A stretch of DNA of 63,169 bases, the filler included, from Reticulomyxa filosa (taxonomy: Eukaryota; Protista; Foraminifera), in assembly GCA_000512085.1 (NCBI GenBank). It is 16 parts of 16 records of this genome, joined end to end, with 100 filler letters (N's around TTAATTAATTAA, not from the genome) between each part and the next. Parts side by side here need not be neighbours in the genome. Positions count along the whole stretch, not along the records: positions 35,339 to 40,617 come from ASPP01023973.1; positions 40,718 to 44,535 come from ASPP01021099.1; positions 44,636 to 45,635 come from ASPP01038880.1; positions 45,736 to 47,172 come from ASPP01022046.1; positions 47,273 to 56,128 come from ASPP01005274.1; 11 more parts are not named here. One strand, written 5' to 3'. Position 1 is the stretch's first letter, and the number at the start of each line of letters is the position of its first letter. Position numbers and translations under genes: made by a program. Positions 37,430 through 50,038 of the stretch are shown in pieces. Below the pieces are notes generated by a model. That model was not told where the DNA came from. It made no database searches and saw nothing but the letters and a program-made list of their open reading frames with translations.

Positions 37430-38563
37430 CTACTTGTCTTTCGTGTCAAAAATGGAGGTAAAAGATTGTTTTGCCTTGTTAAAGGCATGAGTAATGCGAT
37501 TGGTACTGTTATGAATGACCCGTTTTCTGTACAGTACTTTGACTAAAGTGGACAAATTTCCAATGGGTAGAATGGTCCAACACATGGCGAGCAATCCCAT
37601 TTGAGCTCGATCATAAAAGCAAGAAAACTCTTGAGCACAGCAAACGTAAGCAAAATAGAAAGCAATGATAAGTTGAAAGAAATAAGTGATATACAAAGCA
37701 GGAACAAGGAATTCAAAATCGCCATGGGGCCTTTCGTCAATGACTTCGGTAGTGCGAACGTCCATGGCATTTTTTTTGGCCAACGCCTTGCGGACATAAT
37801 GTCGTTTTTCTTGATATCTCATTTGTAAGACAATAACAATACCTTGCCAAAGCATGAAATAGTCTATGAGATATACTCCGCCAGTGACAACAGCGGGATG
37901 CGTAGGTGTCAAATTGACCAGAAACAGTAAAGACACAAATAAAGTGATATAGTGGTGAACAATCCACCAGTAGTCAATACGACTTCCATTTTGTTTTAAT
38001 ATGTTTTCGCGGATTGCCAATGACGTATAGTAATAAAACAAGTACAACGAATGTATTTGATGTAAGAAAATGTTGAAATGGAAATAAAGCTGTAACAATG
38101 GAAATAATAAAAACACCCATAATGTATGCTGTTTGAATCGGTTATATTCCGTTTTAAACTTTGCTCGATCTATTTCATTCCATAATTTCATCGGTGCGTT
38201 TCCCATCAATCCAATCAAAAAATATGATCGGTTCTGTTCATAGCTTGAAATACTCTCTGATATCTTTTTAGTTAATTCCAAGTCCTTTTTCATTTCTTCC
38301 ATCTGTTTCTCATATTTCGATCGCTCATTTTCGCTCCCATTACCCACTTGCACATTCATTTCTTGCCATTCGCTCCATAAATCATTATACATTTTTGTTT
38401 TCGTCTTTGTCTTGCTTATGCACTGGTCGATTTGCTTGAACTTTTGGTTCAATTGTTGTGTGCTTGTTTCAAATGTTTCTGACACTGCTTTCAACTCGTT
38501 TGAAATCTCGTCTATCGATTTCATCAGCTCTTTTATATCGTTCTCGTTCATGGTAGAGGCCAT
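37430..38563 (-). CDS. TMEM120: TMEM120/TMPIT (TACAN-like) membrane protein, intronless
   Basis: N-terminal coiled coil, KFKTEYNRFK, YYYTSLAIRENILKQNGSRIDYWWIVHHY, LQMRYQ, about six TM segments, GN in the last helix. Confidence 0.92.
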   Translation of the reverse strand: MASTMNENDIKELMKSIDEISNELKAVSETFETSTQQLNQKFKQIDQCISKTKTKTKMYNDLWSEWQEMNVQVGNGSENERSKYEKQMEEMKKDLELTKKISESISSYEQNRSYFLIGLMGNAPMKLWNEIDRAKFKTEYNRFKQHTLWVFLLFPLLQLYFHFNIFLHQIHSLYLFYYYTSLAIRENILKQNGSRIDYWWIVHHYITLFVSLLFLVNLTPTHPAVVTGGVYLIDYFMLWQGIVIVLQMRYQEKRHYVRKALAKKNAMDVRTTEVIDERPHGDFEFLVPALYITYFFQLIIAFYFAYVCCAQEFSCFYDRAQMGLLAMCWTILPIGNLSTLVKVLYRKRVIHNSTNRITHAFNKAKQSFTSIFDTKDK

Positions 38564-38872
38564 CTTTGTGGACGCTAGATTTCTTTTTTTTGTTAACGGA
38601 ACCCTTCACGTTTTTTGGTAACGAGTGAGAACATTGCTTTGAACATATGTTATTCGCTTCGTCCTAGGCTGACCTTACTACTTAATGTTAGTATGTTTGT
38701 GCTTGCAACTTTAAAACTTTTATTTTTTGGAGGAAAAAAGAAGAAACAGCACAAACTGTTAAGGGCTCGTCAGTATCAAACTCTGAACTTGAACTTGCAA
38801 AGGGAAGGACATAATCATTTTTTAAAAAATCCAAATAAACAAGTAACTAGGATAGCAAAAAAAAAAAAAGAA

Positions 38873-39544
38873 ATGGATTTGATGGAAGAAAAAATTGACT
38901 TGGTCCCTTTGTCGCAATTGACGAACGCACCAGACAAAGAAACGATAAAGCGTACGTTTCAGGAGGCGTTTCGCTGCCGAACAAGCGGTTTATCCGACAT
39001 TCGAAAGCAACAATGGGGCCGTAACTTTAACATAGAAAAAGAGGAGGACGTGGATAGATTGTTCACAAGTATTTTGTCATTGATAAAAATAATGTTATAC
39101 AATAGTATTTCAGATCCAGTGAAATTGATGGAGTTATTTCCAAAAGATGACGCAAATTTCCATGAAAAATTGAAGCAATTGATTGTCAAAACTTGCATTA
39201 GTAATTACAACTATTGGAGAACCGCTGCTGTAAATACAACTGTTTCAACTGTCCCCAAACTTGTTGATTTTGGTATTTTTTTTTTTTTTTGAAGTCCACA
39301 TTTTTTAATAAAAAAAAAAATAATTAAAAAAAAAGAGTGGCGTCTCGATATCAAACAATCATCAAATAATGTGAGTTATATGTCAGTTCCTGCTGTATTG
39401 GTCAGTATGCAAGTACAGGAGCCAGAGCAAAGAATTGGAATATTGGCTCCAACAAGTCAAATACAATTTGAGTTGAGCAAAGAGTCTTTAGAAGTCATGT
39501 TGAATGGTTTAAACCGAATCAAAGATGAATTAAAAAAATTTTAA
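38873..39544 (+). CDS. COMMD9: COMM-domain protein (COMMD9-like), 2 exons
   Basis: VPKLVDF|EWRLDIKQSS..MSVPAVLVSMQVQ..FELSKESLEVMLNGLNRIKDEL across intron 39273-39335. Stop at 39542-39544. Confidence 0.85.
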
Positions 39545-42005
39545 AAATTTCTTTTTTGTCTCCCCCTTTTTTAGGCACGTCTTGTGTTTGTCTTTTAAAC
39601 AAAAGTAATCATTATTTCTCTTCACTTTTTAATTACGAGCATATACATGTATAATCTATAATAATGTGTATTTTCTAATTCCTGCACGAAACATTTAAGA
39701 ATTGTGCAAACAATTGGGCACGCAATGTAATATTGTTTTGAAATAATTAAAATTCAAAGAATCAACGTTTGAAAATTACAAAACTGAAAAATTCTTTGTC
39801 TTTTTGGTTGTTCCTATTTTTTCTCAAATCTCGAGACATCTGTCTATAAAAATTATTAGAATCACAACTGTATAGCATTTAATGGTGTATTATGAATTTT
39901 TGTTATTCTGCACTATTGAAATTGGCTAATATTTTTTTGCAAAAACATTATCCGCACGACCTTCTCAGTAATAAAGGATATGCTTTCATTGGAATAAAGT
40001 AAATGTATGATAAAATTGATTGAGCAGAAGACTAAAAAAAAGAAAAAAGAAGCAACGACCTGGAGGGGGAGAATAGGGGATTTTTTTTTTTGGATTGAAA
40101 CATGTTGGAATGTTGCCTTTCGTGAATAAGAGATGTTGCAAGTTTTGGCTTTATTTTTCCTTTTTATACAAAAATAGTGGAGTTTGAAGGTAAAAAAGAA
40201 GGAGAAAGGCTGGCTTAAGTTTAGAAGCAACAAACGTAAAACGTACAGGCCATAATAGTGTCGGTATGCCTAGGTGCAATCTTTGGCATTGCATTTGTGA
40301 TTCGCACTTTGAATCGGTTGAAAGCGGCTCATCGTGAAATTATACAACAGCAACACTCTGAAGTATTGCTGGGATTACCATGTTTGTTTATTTATTTTGT
40401 TTTGTTTTGTTTTTTTTTTTGTGTATGCGTGTATATAACATGTCTTTTACAAACGACGTTTGGAAGTAAGAGCATTGAAACTTTGGGGGGAGGAGGGGGA
40501 GGGGGAAAAAAAAAAGTCGATTTGTATACGTATGAAAAAAAAGTATTACGAAATAAGGACATTTTGTTTAAAAAAAAAAAAAAAAAAGAATAGAATAGAA
40601 AATAAAAATGATATACANNNNNNNNNNNNNNNNNNNNNNNNNNNNNNNNNNNNNNNNNNNNTTAATTAATTAANNNNNNNNNNNNNNNNNNNNNNNNNNN
40701 NNNNNNNNNNNNNNNNNTATTCAAACAAATCAAATAATGTTTTTTTCAATCAAATATTCACCAATTAAGTCAGTTACTGTGTAATTCATCTGTTTTTGTC
40801 AAATCAAAAATATATCCAAAAATCAATTATATCAACGAATTACAAGGGGGGACGTAGTCTCTTTTTTCAAATTTTTTTCCCTGTAATGTATTGCTTTGTA
40901 AACAAGTCCAAAAGAGTTCAAGTTGAATTGTACCAACCAAGGAAACTTATTTCAGCATTTATCTTTTCTCAAGCGTCGCTTTTTCTTTTGTTGTTATGAT
41001 AAAATAAAGAACTTGGTTAAGTCTTGTTTTATTGGGAATTTATGCGGAAAATCAACAAGACTAACTGTTCGTCTCATTAAAAAAGTTATTTTACAATGTT
41101 TGCAACAATCTCGGGTTAGAAAGGGCAATCAATAAATGCACAACATACTCTTTCTTTCATTAACACAAAAAAAATTAAGTATTTTGTCGAGATAAATTGA
41201 AAACAATCATAATATTGTATCGAATTTTTTTTGTTCAGATAAATATTAAATTGAATAAATAATTTTTTGATTATCAAATAACTATTACTTGTCCATTTTG
41301 TCCATTATTTTCATTCAACACTCGAATTACAAGTATACGAAAGGATTATTTAATAAAATAATGTACTGTCGATTAAGGAAATTGCAAATATATTGCTCAC
41401 ATATGTTGGCAGAGTCACATCTTGATTATACTATTGAATACACTGTAAATTTGTCACTGGCTTGCTTTTTTCTTGGAAATTATTTTATACTTCTTCGTCT
41501 AACAATCAAAGATCCTTTGTATCTTCAAAGATTATGATTATTTTGTAAGGGCTATAACCTATGGATGTTGTACTACAAATAATCAACAGCTTTCAATAGG
41601 CTGGTCTTTTTGTCCAGTCTCAAATAATCTTAATTGAAGATATGAGTAAAAAAATAGCTTCTAATTTTTCATAAATGTTCTGTCCTTATTCTGGAACATT
41701 AAAAGGGATTTTTTTAACAACACAAACAGTACCTTACGCAGTAAAAAGCTTTTCCAGGAAGTTTTTTGGAAGCTTGACCCAAAAAAAGTGTTGCGCCGTG
41801 GTAAGAAAAAATATTTAATTGAAATTCCTAAAGCAACGTAAGTTCAAAACCATATCTGTGCAAAATTGCACATTTTACCAAATTTCTTTGCTACTTTTTG
41901 TTTTTGCTTCCATTTGTCCATTTGCGTTTCCACTTTGAGAGTTACACGGTTTGGGTTTTATGACACACTCACGACAGTTTCATCTTCAAAGTCTAGATTA
42001 AAAGA

Positions 42006-43316
42006 ATGATAATTCAAATTAAGACGTTGCAAAACAATAAATTTGACTTGGAAGTCGACGCTAACGATACGGTGAGAACTGAAATTACCAAACATTGTGT
42101 TCTTCTTCCTTTGCAATGAATGTTTTGTGTATGCATAAACAGGTGGCACAAATCAAAGAACGAATTCACAGTGAATTGGATTTGGGAGAACCTGAGAATC
42201 AAAAATTGATTCATCGTGGAAAAATTTTGAAGGTGGGTTGGTGGAACATACGACAAACCTCGGAGGACAAACTTGAAAAAAAAATTTTAATAAATAAAAG
42301 GGGGTACTGCTGATCACACCAAAAAAAAAAAGCTCAAATCAAAAAAAAAAAAAAAATACAACTAATGAAAATACTGTGTTTGAAATAGGATGATCAAACA
42401 GCACAATCGATAGGCTTAAAAGAAAAAGATTTTGTTGTGGTGATGGTGAAAAAAGGCAAAGGCAAAAAGGCAGACGAAACGGAAAGTACGAACACTGAGG
42501 AAGCCACAACGAGTTCCACTTCTTCAACCACCACCTCTCAAGTTGAAAAATTGAAGACAAACAAATTAACAAAGTGCATACAAAACATAACAAAATAAAA
42601 CAATAAAGAAAAGTTAGTTTCTGGCTTGTTTGCTTGTGTATGTATATAATCATATGTGCAATTCGTTCTATGTTACAATATTACATGGCCACCTTCCCCC
42701 CTCCCCTCCCCCCTCCTGTTGGATTTGTGATTGCTCCGCATGCTATGATCCACTTTCGGAATACATTGGGAACGATTGGAATAGACCAGTTTTGTTGAAT
42801 TTGTTTTGAAGAGAGAGAAGTTACCAAATTGGAGGACAAACATTGTTTGATACAAAACTTTGGGTTTTGTTTTTCTTTATTTTTTTTTTTTTATTAATTG
42901 TTCACTTTTACTTCTGTGTTATCTATTTAATTTTTTTTTTTTTGGTTACCACCCTTTTATGAACGTGTGTAACAGCTTCTTCGTCGAGCACGGAAAGTAA
43001 GCCACCCACTACTACATCCACATCCTCATCCACCTCATCGACTTCATCCTCGACATCCACATCCACAGCAACCAACGAACAAGCAGCTGCATCTTCCTTG
43101 GTTACAGGCGTGGAACTACAATCCACTGTCCAAAATTTGATGAATATGGGGTTTGACCGAGAGCAGGTGAGAATATTTCATTTTTTGATCAACACTAAAA
43201 TTTAAAAACAAACTTTCAATACATTCAAGCATTGCTTAACTTTGATATAACAGGTTCTCCGAGCGTTGCGTGCTGCTTACAATAATCCTGACAGAGCTGT
43301 CGAGTATTTACTTAAT
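42006..43316 (+). CDS. RAD23: RAD23 (UBL + linker + UBA1); 3' half missing
   Basis: Exons MIIQIKTLQNNKFDLEVDANDT | VAQIKERI..QKLIHRGKILK | DDQT..EKDFVVVMVKK | ASSLVTG..MNMGFDREQ | VLRALRAAYNNPDRAVEYLLN, then a GT donor at 43317. Confidence 0.92.
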
Positions 43317-43394
43317 GTTAGCACTTTTTTTTTTCAATCATTTTAAAACTACTCAAAAAAAAAAAAAAAAAAAAAACAACATATATACACAAAC

Positions 43395-43798
43395 GTGGAA
43401 TCTCCTAAAATAGCGGCTAATGGCATCATCCCAAAAAAATTCAAAAAGAATACTACTGTTGGGTTCCAATCCAAGTAGTTGCTAATGAAACCGAATGGCA
43501 CGACGAGTAGCAATAGGTTGAAGTAGCTCCCAAGTATCAACTTCTTCACGGCAATAAAGTCCTTCTGCGGCTCACAACGACGCTTCCGCTGCACAGACAC
43601 CTCCGACAACAGAGGTTGCGACATTTCGTTGCTCATCGTCGAATGCTTCGATCTGCTCGGCTTGTGCCGAAGACCAATCGCATAGGCTGCACTTTTTGTC
43701 CGAGACATCGACGGATTCACTTTTAAGTTCCCTTCTGCTGTTGCAACACGAGACCTCTGTCCACTGTCCAGAATTCGCAAGGAACTACTCGTCTTCAT
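43395..43798 (-). CDS. Vacuolar Ca2+/H+ exchanger (CAX/VCX1-like), first exon only
   Basis: ILGSYFNLLLLVVPFGFI..WNPTVVFFLNFFGMMPLAAILG matches the CAX TM1-TM2 pattern. GT donor at 43394. Confidence 0.85.
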
Positions 43799-44295
43799 GT
43801 TCGCTTAAACTTGAAGCGGATCTATGACAAAGTGATAATAGAGTTGATCAAGAGATGTTTATTTGGAAAATGATCGATCATTACATCAACTGAGCACAAA
43901 AACTCACCGCAATCTTGTTTTAACACAGAAACGTTTTTTTTTGCAGTATGAAATATTGTCTGTTGGATTCATAAATAACAAACATTTTTCGCATGCTTAG
44001 ATTTAAAGCAAAATTGGTACCAACTAATTATAACAAAGTTTCAATGAACTAATTGAAAATTTTTTTAAAATGTAAAAGCACTGTGATTACATTTTAAACT
44101 ATATTGTGATTTTCAATAAGTGTTTAAAGATTTGTTTATAGAGACATGTATAGTCCATTTAAAAAAATTATTTTTAACTTACTTAATCACTAATACACAT
44201 TTTGTAAAAAAAGTTTATTTTTAAATGAAGCTAGTATGTAAACAGCTTATGTTGCAACATCTAGCAGTATCTGAAAGAATTTTGAAAGAAGCACA

Positions 44296-44514
44296 TGTGG
44301 GACTTGTGAGAAGATTAAGTGTAATACGAAAGGAACTTAGTTCCAAGAGAATAATTTCAATAAAAGAAAGTTAATTAAAGAAGAATAATTACAACGCAAG
44401 TAAAGAAACAAGTAAAAAAACAAGAGGAAAGTGAGTAGTGCTAAGAAGAGGGTTTTAACCCACCGGGGGTCCCAACGTTCCGTTAGTATTAATGATGTAG
44501 TGACTTTCCCTACA
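44296..44514 (+). mobile_element. Solo-LTR-like element, copy 1 (219 bp, CACA target-site duplication)
   Basis: Runs TGTGGG...CCCTACA, flanked by CACA on both sides (44292-44295, 44515-44518). Shares TGTAATACGAAAGGAACTTAGTTCCAA and AATTTCAATAAAAG with 55368-55592. Confidence 0.75.
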
Positions 44515-45107
44515 CACAAAAACAATATAAAAAAANNNNNNNNNNNNNNNNNNNNNNNNNNNNNNNNNNNNNNNNNNNNTTAATTAATTAANNNNNNNNN
44601 NNNNNNNNNNNNNNNNNNNNNNNNNNNNNNNNNNNATGAATTATATTTTAGCTTTCTTGTTTGTCTTTAGCATATTATATAATGTAGTCTATTCATTTTT
44701 TTTCTTCTTGTTGATGTTTATATTTTTCGTAGCTTGTACAATAAATTACATTGTTATATATTTTTTATGATCGTCCAAGCCACTTTCTGGCCTTCTAGTT
44801 TTATTCCATTACTTTTTCAGCAATATCAGCTCAATTTAAATATTTATCTGATTTTGATATAAATGACATCGATTTTGAAGATTAATTTCGATATCTTACA
44901 TCTAGAATATAAATGTATATATTAATTCAATGCATACCCTCAACAAAGATTTACTAGCTTATAACATGTTTGTAAACTTTGTTAACAAGTCCGAAGTAGA
45001 CAGTTTTGTTGTTAATAACAACTTTTGAGTCGTTGTTTCTAGCTGTTCTTACTAGACAGTTTTACTTTCAAAAAATTGAAAATTACTGAACTTCAAGATA
45101 AATAATC

Positions 45108-45635
45108 ATGTCAAAAGCTTCGCTCCTGTTTATCCTTAGCATATTATTTTTTGCTGGATCATTGATATACTATGTCAACCTCTATCAAGATTACAAAGGT
45201 AAGAAAGAAAAGAAAACGAAAGAAGAGCTTTCTTGAAATTGCAAAGCGTTGAATGTGCGCAGGAAGTGGAGAAAAGCGTACACCGTTGGGTGTGAATATG
45301 GTGCGTTATCACCTCAGCTTTTATCCCAATGATGTTGGAATAAATGACTGCTTGGCTGGGATGTTCTTGCCCTACTTTATACGTGTTGTGCACACACAAC
45401 CGTATCTGCGCTGGTTATTTAGTGCCTTCATGTCAACGACTAAATGGCAAGAAGCAGCAATGGTGATGGCACCGCGCTGGCAATTTTTTGACGACCTACT
45501 AAAAAATTCAGTCGAAAAAGATGACATCAGACAAATTATTTTGCTAGGTGGTGGATATAGCACCCAAATTCTAAGGAATAGCAAACTATTGGAAAGAAAC
45601 AAAGTCACAGTGTTTCACATTGATCTACCAAAGCT
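45108..45635 (+). CDS. Leucine-carboxyl-methyltransferase-like (LCM) SAM-dependent methyltransferase with N-terminal signal anchor, 3'-truncated
   Basis: MSKASLLFILSILFFAGSLIYYV; intron 45199-45262 joins in frame; APRWQFFDD..IRQIILLGGGYST..VFHIDLP resembles LCM RTxFFD..QVVILGAGxDT..FEVDxP. Confidence 0.7.
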
Positions 45636-48600
45636 NNNNNNNNNNNNNNNNNNNNNNNNNNNNNNNNNNNNNNNNNNNNTTAATTAATTAANNNNNNNNN
45701 NNNNNNNNNNNNNNNNNNNNNNNNNNNNNNNNNNNAAAAAAAAACTCTTAGTACACTTCCATTATTGTACTTTTGTGAAAAAAGGTTGAATGATATGAGT
45801 TTAAAAAAGCTTCAAATCTTGTGGACATTAAGACTTGCTTTGAAACTCTGGTCCCCTTTGTCAAGGCTACTTTGTCTGTGCCACACAAACACGCTCATTT
45901 GTTCCAGTGCATATTCACTCTTGTCATACACTCAAGAACAAATACAAATCGATTTGTTCTTATACAGATTATATTGATTTATTTGGATATTCAAATTATT
46001 ATCTTTTGGATATAAACATAGATTGATAATGAATTATGTGAATGTTTGGAACGAAGAAGGAAACATGTTTCACCCATTATAATATTTCTTTGTTACTTAC
46101 ACAACATACAAATAACATTCACATAGTATGATAATAAAGCAATTATCTTTGCTATGATTGATTAATTGAAAATTCAGTTTGTTATACCCGTTGCTTTCAC
46201 TGTTTCAATAAAACAAATGGATTTTCACATATTCTAGCTTGCATTTGAATCATAAACAAAAGATTGACAATATTATTTTTTGATTACTTCAATATATATG
46301 AATTCTTGCATTATACATTATGCGTAAATAATCATTTCAACATAGTCATTTGTTCATATTCAATATAATTGATTTACAATTTGCTAGTGTACAATAAATT
46401 TAGTTTCTTCCAAGTATTGACATACATACTGTAAGTTGCATGTAAGTTTAAAATATGTTATTAGACAGACACTCCACAGCATAACTAATCTTAATATCAC
46501 TTCATGATACTTACCAAAAAGGCACATTTGTTTGTTGTATTTTTGTTCATTAAAACTATATACATCAATCAGTGGGAAGGTGTACTGCTGGTTTTGATAA
46601 AACCGAAAACAAAGAAGCATGAATTAGAAAACAAATTATTGTTACAAAAAATACAACGATACTTGATTGGCAAAGCAAACAAAAAGATTCATCAGAGTAC
46701 TACCTTTAAATATGACAAGATAACAAGATAGGAAAAGGTGGAATTGAGAATAACAAACATCTTCTAATCACATTGCGTTTACTCCATTTTTTTTTTCACA
46801 CTGACAAGCACTTGCATTTTTCATACACATGTTATTTATATTCATTTGTTATTCCATTGTAAACAAAACAGCTCTTTTTTTTGACAAAGAAAAATGGAAT
46901 AAAACAATGTCAAATCATCAACTTGAAAAATATTTTCATTTTTGTTAATACATTTTCATTGTGTGAAAGTAATTTTCAATATTTTTGTATGTATGAAAAA
47001 AAATAATATTGAATTTGATTTTTTTCAATCTCATTCATTCGCTCTTTCTTATTTCTCTACTTTTGGGGGGAGGGATTTTAAATACAACAATTAACAAAAT
47101 TGTTGTTATTAAATTAAATATTGTAAATAGGTTTTTTTAAAATAAAAAACCAATCAAATTAATTGCCTTTTCNNNNNNNNNNNNNNNNNNNNNNNNNNNN
47201 NNNNNNNNNNNNNNNNTTAATTAATTAANNNNNNNNNNNNNNNNNNNNNNNNNNNNNNNNNNNNNNNNNNNNAATCGTGTTTTTCTCGTAGTCATGAAAT
47301 TTGACAATCTTTTTTATACAATTTTTGAATTTTCCTTTTTTCTTTTAGGTGTTCGATATTGATTTTTGTCATTTTGATTATTTTGTTGCCGAAATATTGA
47401 CATTTTGCTATTTTGTTAAAATGGTAAAACATGTCGATGTTTTGTGAAAGGCCGTGCTGTCGAAATATTACGAAATAGCTAAAGCAATCGTAAAGTGACC
47501 AAAAAATTTGAAGTTAGCAATGAGTGTGTTATGAAATGTTTTTTCAAAATTTTTCAATCTTTTTTAAAAGTTAAAAACTAATTCACTCGACGTCAGCAAA
47601 AGATACTTTTGATACTGCATCGTATTATTGTCAGATTGATGGTAATTGTTAAGTATTTTATAGCAAGATATGTTATGTATTTCCTTCAAATTCACATGAT
47701 TAAATCTAATTGAAAAAATTTGTTGTATAGTAAATACAATGATTCACAAAAAAGGATCATTTAATATAACTGAAGAACTTTGGAACAAATTCGAAACATA
47801 TTGTGAAAAAATATAAACAAACATTTGTTGAACCTTAATAAAGTCTATACCAAGATAATACAGTCAGTTAAAAAACCAAATGATATTTAACACGTTGGTA
47901 AACTTGAATTAAATTTTAAAAAACAAATCTTATTATATTAAGTCAACTACAAAAAATTTTTTTAAAGAAAATAAAAGATTAAAATTTTGGTTTTTTATTA
48001 AATATTTACAATTTTTTCGAAAATTATATTTAAAAACTACATAATTTGTAGATATTTTTAAAAAATTTTTATTAAATGTTGTTTTTTCATGTAGAAACAC
48101 AATAATATATATAATGTGACATTTTAGTTGTCAACTTTCTTTTTTATACTACTGTAATATGTTTGATTATAAGTTTAAATAAATGTTCATTATTAAAATT
48201 TGTTTTGTTTAATTTAAATAAGTTTTAAATTATTTTAAAACTTTTGTAGGTAAATAAATATTATATATTACAAAGTTCTAATTAAACATTATAGTTAACA
48301 TTATATTTTCTTCAAAATATAACTAACTTTTATATATTTGTTTTTAATATTTTATTTGTTTAGTATAATTATTTATTATTAATTTATTTTCTTTTTACTA
48401 AACTAAGTTTATTTTTTATTAAAATTAGATCAATATATTTTCATATGTTATTTTATTCACAATATTGGTAATAATTTTAATTTTTTATTTTTTAACATTA
48501 AATTTTGTTTGATATTGTAAGTTTAATTTATTTTGACTTAAAATTTATTTTTTTTTAATTCAATATTTATTTATATAATTATATTAACTTATTCATAAGT

Positions 48601-48825
48601 TGATATCTAATTTGCTAGTTGCAATATCTAAAAAAAATCATTTCATTTGGCAGCAAATTAAAACTATTATTATTTTTATTGCAAACAATTAAATTTCAAT
48701 TATTATGATATAAAAGAAATTATGTCATAAAAAAGTACATTTACATATTAAATGAAAATGAACCTTGTAAATATTATGTATTTATTTAACTTTTTTAATT
48801 TTTGCAAAAAAATTATTAAATTCTT

Positions 48826-50038
48826 TTATTCTCCTAAATTGTACTCTTTCCATTTGTCATCGCATTCTTTCAAAATATCAATACCAATTAGTGATTGTCC
48901 TACTCGATTTAATGATTTCAAATCATTTTGAGGTAACTCTTTTAACTTACTAGTCGATGGTGCTCCCAAAATCTTGCACTCTGTTGGCCAATGCGAACAA
49001 GTACGATTATTTAGAAAGGCGTTAACTCTTTCTTGAATAATTTGTCCTTTTTTTTCTTGATTCAAAAAAGACTTTGGAGAAAAAGTGACCATGGAAACAG
49101 CTCTCAACAACGTCGGTTTGCTGATATTGTCATCAACTTTGGTTTCTGTTTCCGATGTTTGGTTTTGATCAATACTTTTTTGGATTTGTTCATCAGCAAT
49201 TATGTCAACTGCAGGACTACTACAATGCACTAAGCGACTGTCCCAAATGAATAGATCTCCTTTTTCAAGACATATCAGCCATCTTTCACGGGACAAAATG
49301 TCTTCGCATTCATAAGGAACTTCGATATAGTCTGAAGATCTCGAGCAATATGGACCCATTGTCTGATGTCCAATTTGCACAAAAAAAAAGTTATATATTT
49401 TATATATAAGTTTGACATAGTACAAACTTCGACAATGTCTTGCTGTGTCTTTGGAACTATTGTCGTACCACCAGTGTATTGATTCTGATCGTAAAGTGTT
49501 ATGTATCCTTGTAGCTACACAGCTTCGGCTTCGTGATAACATTTTGGTCGATGTGATACCATCCTCCAACTGTTTTCCATGTAGTCTTTTGTTTCCAAGG
49601 ACGAAATACTGCGAGTCCATCCATTGACACCAACAAGTCTTCATAGCTTTTCACTTCCCACAGTTTCGCAAATGCGTCCAATACATTTGGTCTTGTTCTT
49701 ATGTACCATTGAAAATCAGACTGACCAGCACCAAAGTCCCAAATCAATCCTGATAACAGACATCCAGGATAAATGTTGTCCTTCCACGTTGATATGTCGT
49801 CTTGTTTCATCCCGCATCGTGACAAAAAATTCCACAGATTCTTTTCCGCTTCCGCAAGTTCGGCTTCAGATAGGACATTTTTCAGTGCCACAAATCCGTT
49901 CGTATTCAAATATTCACGAGCCTCGTCGTTCAAGGACGTAAATCGATATGGCGCTTTTGCGGTATCAAAGAAGCGAAGATTTTCTGGATTTAAGCTATTC
50001 TTGTTTTTTGACTGCACATTACTAGTATTTACTTGCAT
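48826..50038 (-). CDS. Phytanoyl-CoA dioxygenase (PhyH)-like 2OG-Fe(II) oxygenase; one frameshift, one intron
   Basis: GFVALKNVLS, GQSDFQWYIRTRPNV, LLVSMDG, WYHIDQ (HxD), then a frameshift at ~49512 into QGYITLYDQ..TGG, intron 49363-49427, KGDLFIWDSRLVH, RTCSHWP. Confidence 0.85.

Noticed and set aside
45736-47172. Possible decayed zinc-finger/TRAF-like pseudogene
   Set aside because: Only scattered Cys-containing fragments; no coherent motif order could be reconstructed.
47880-48820. Extremely AT-rich kilobase as a centromere, origin or organellar insert
   Set aside because: No periodic repeat, ORF, tRNA or rRNA signature was visible; composition alone is insufficient.
8486-50038. Four non-haem iron dioxygenase genes as a metabolic gene cluster
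   Set aside because: They lie on three unlinked contigs. Only the DIOX-like gene and ETHE1 are adjacent, and they belong to unrelated folds.
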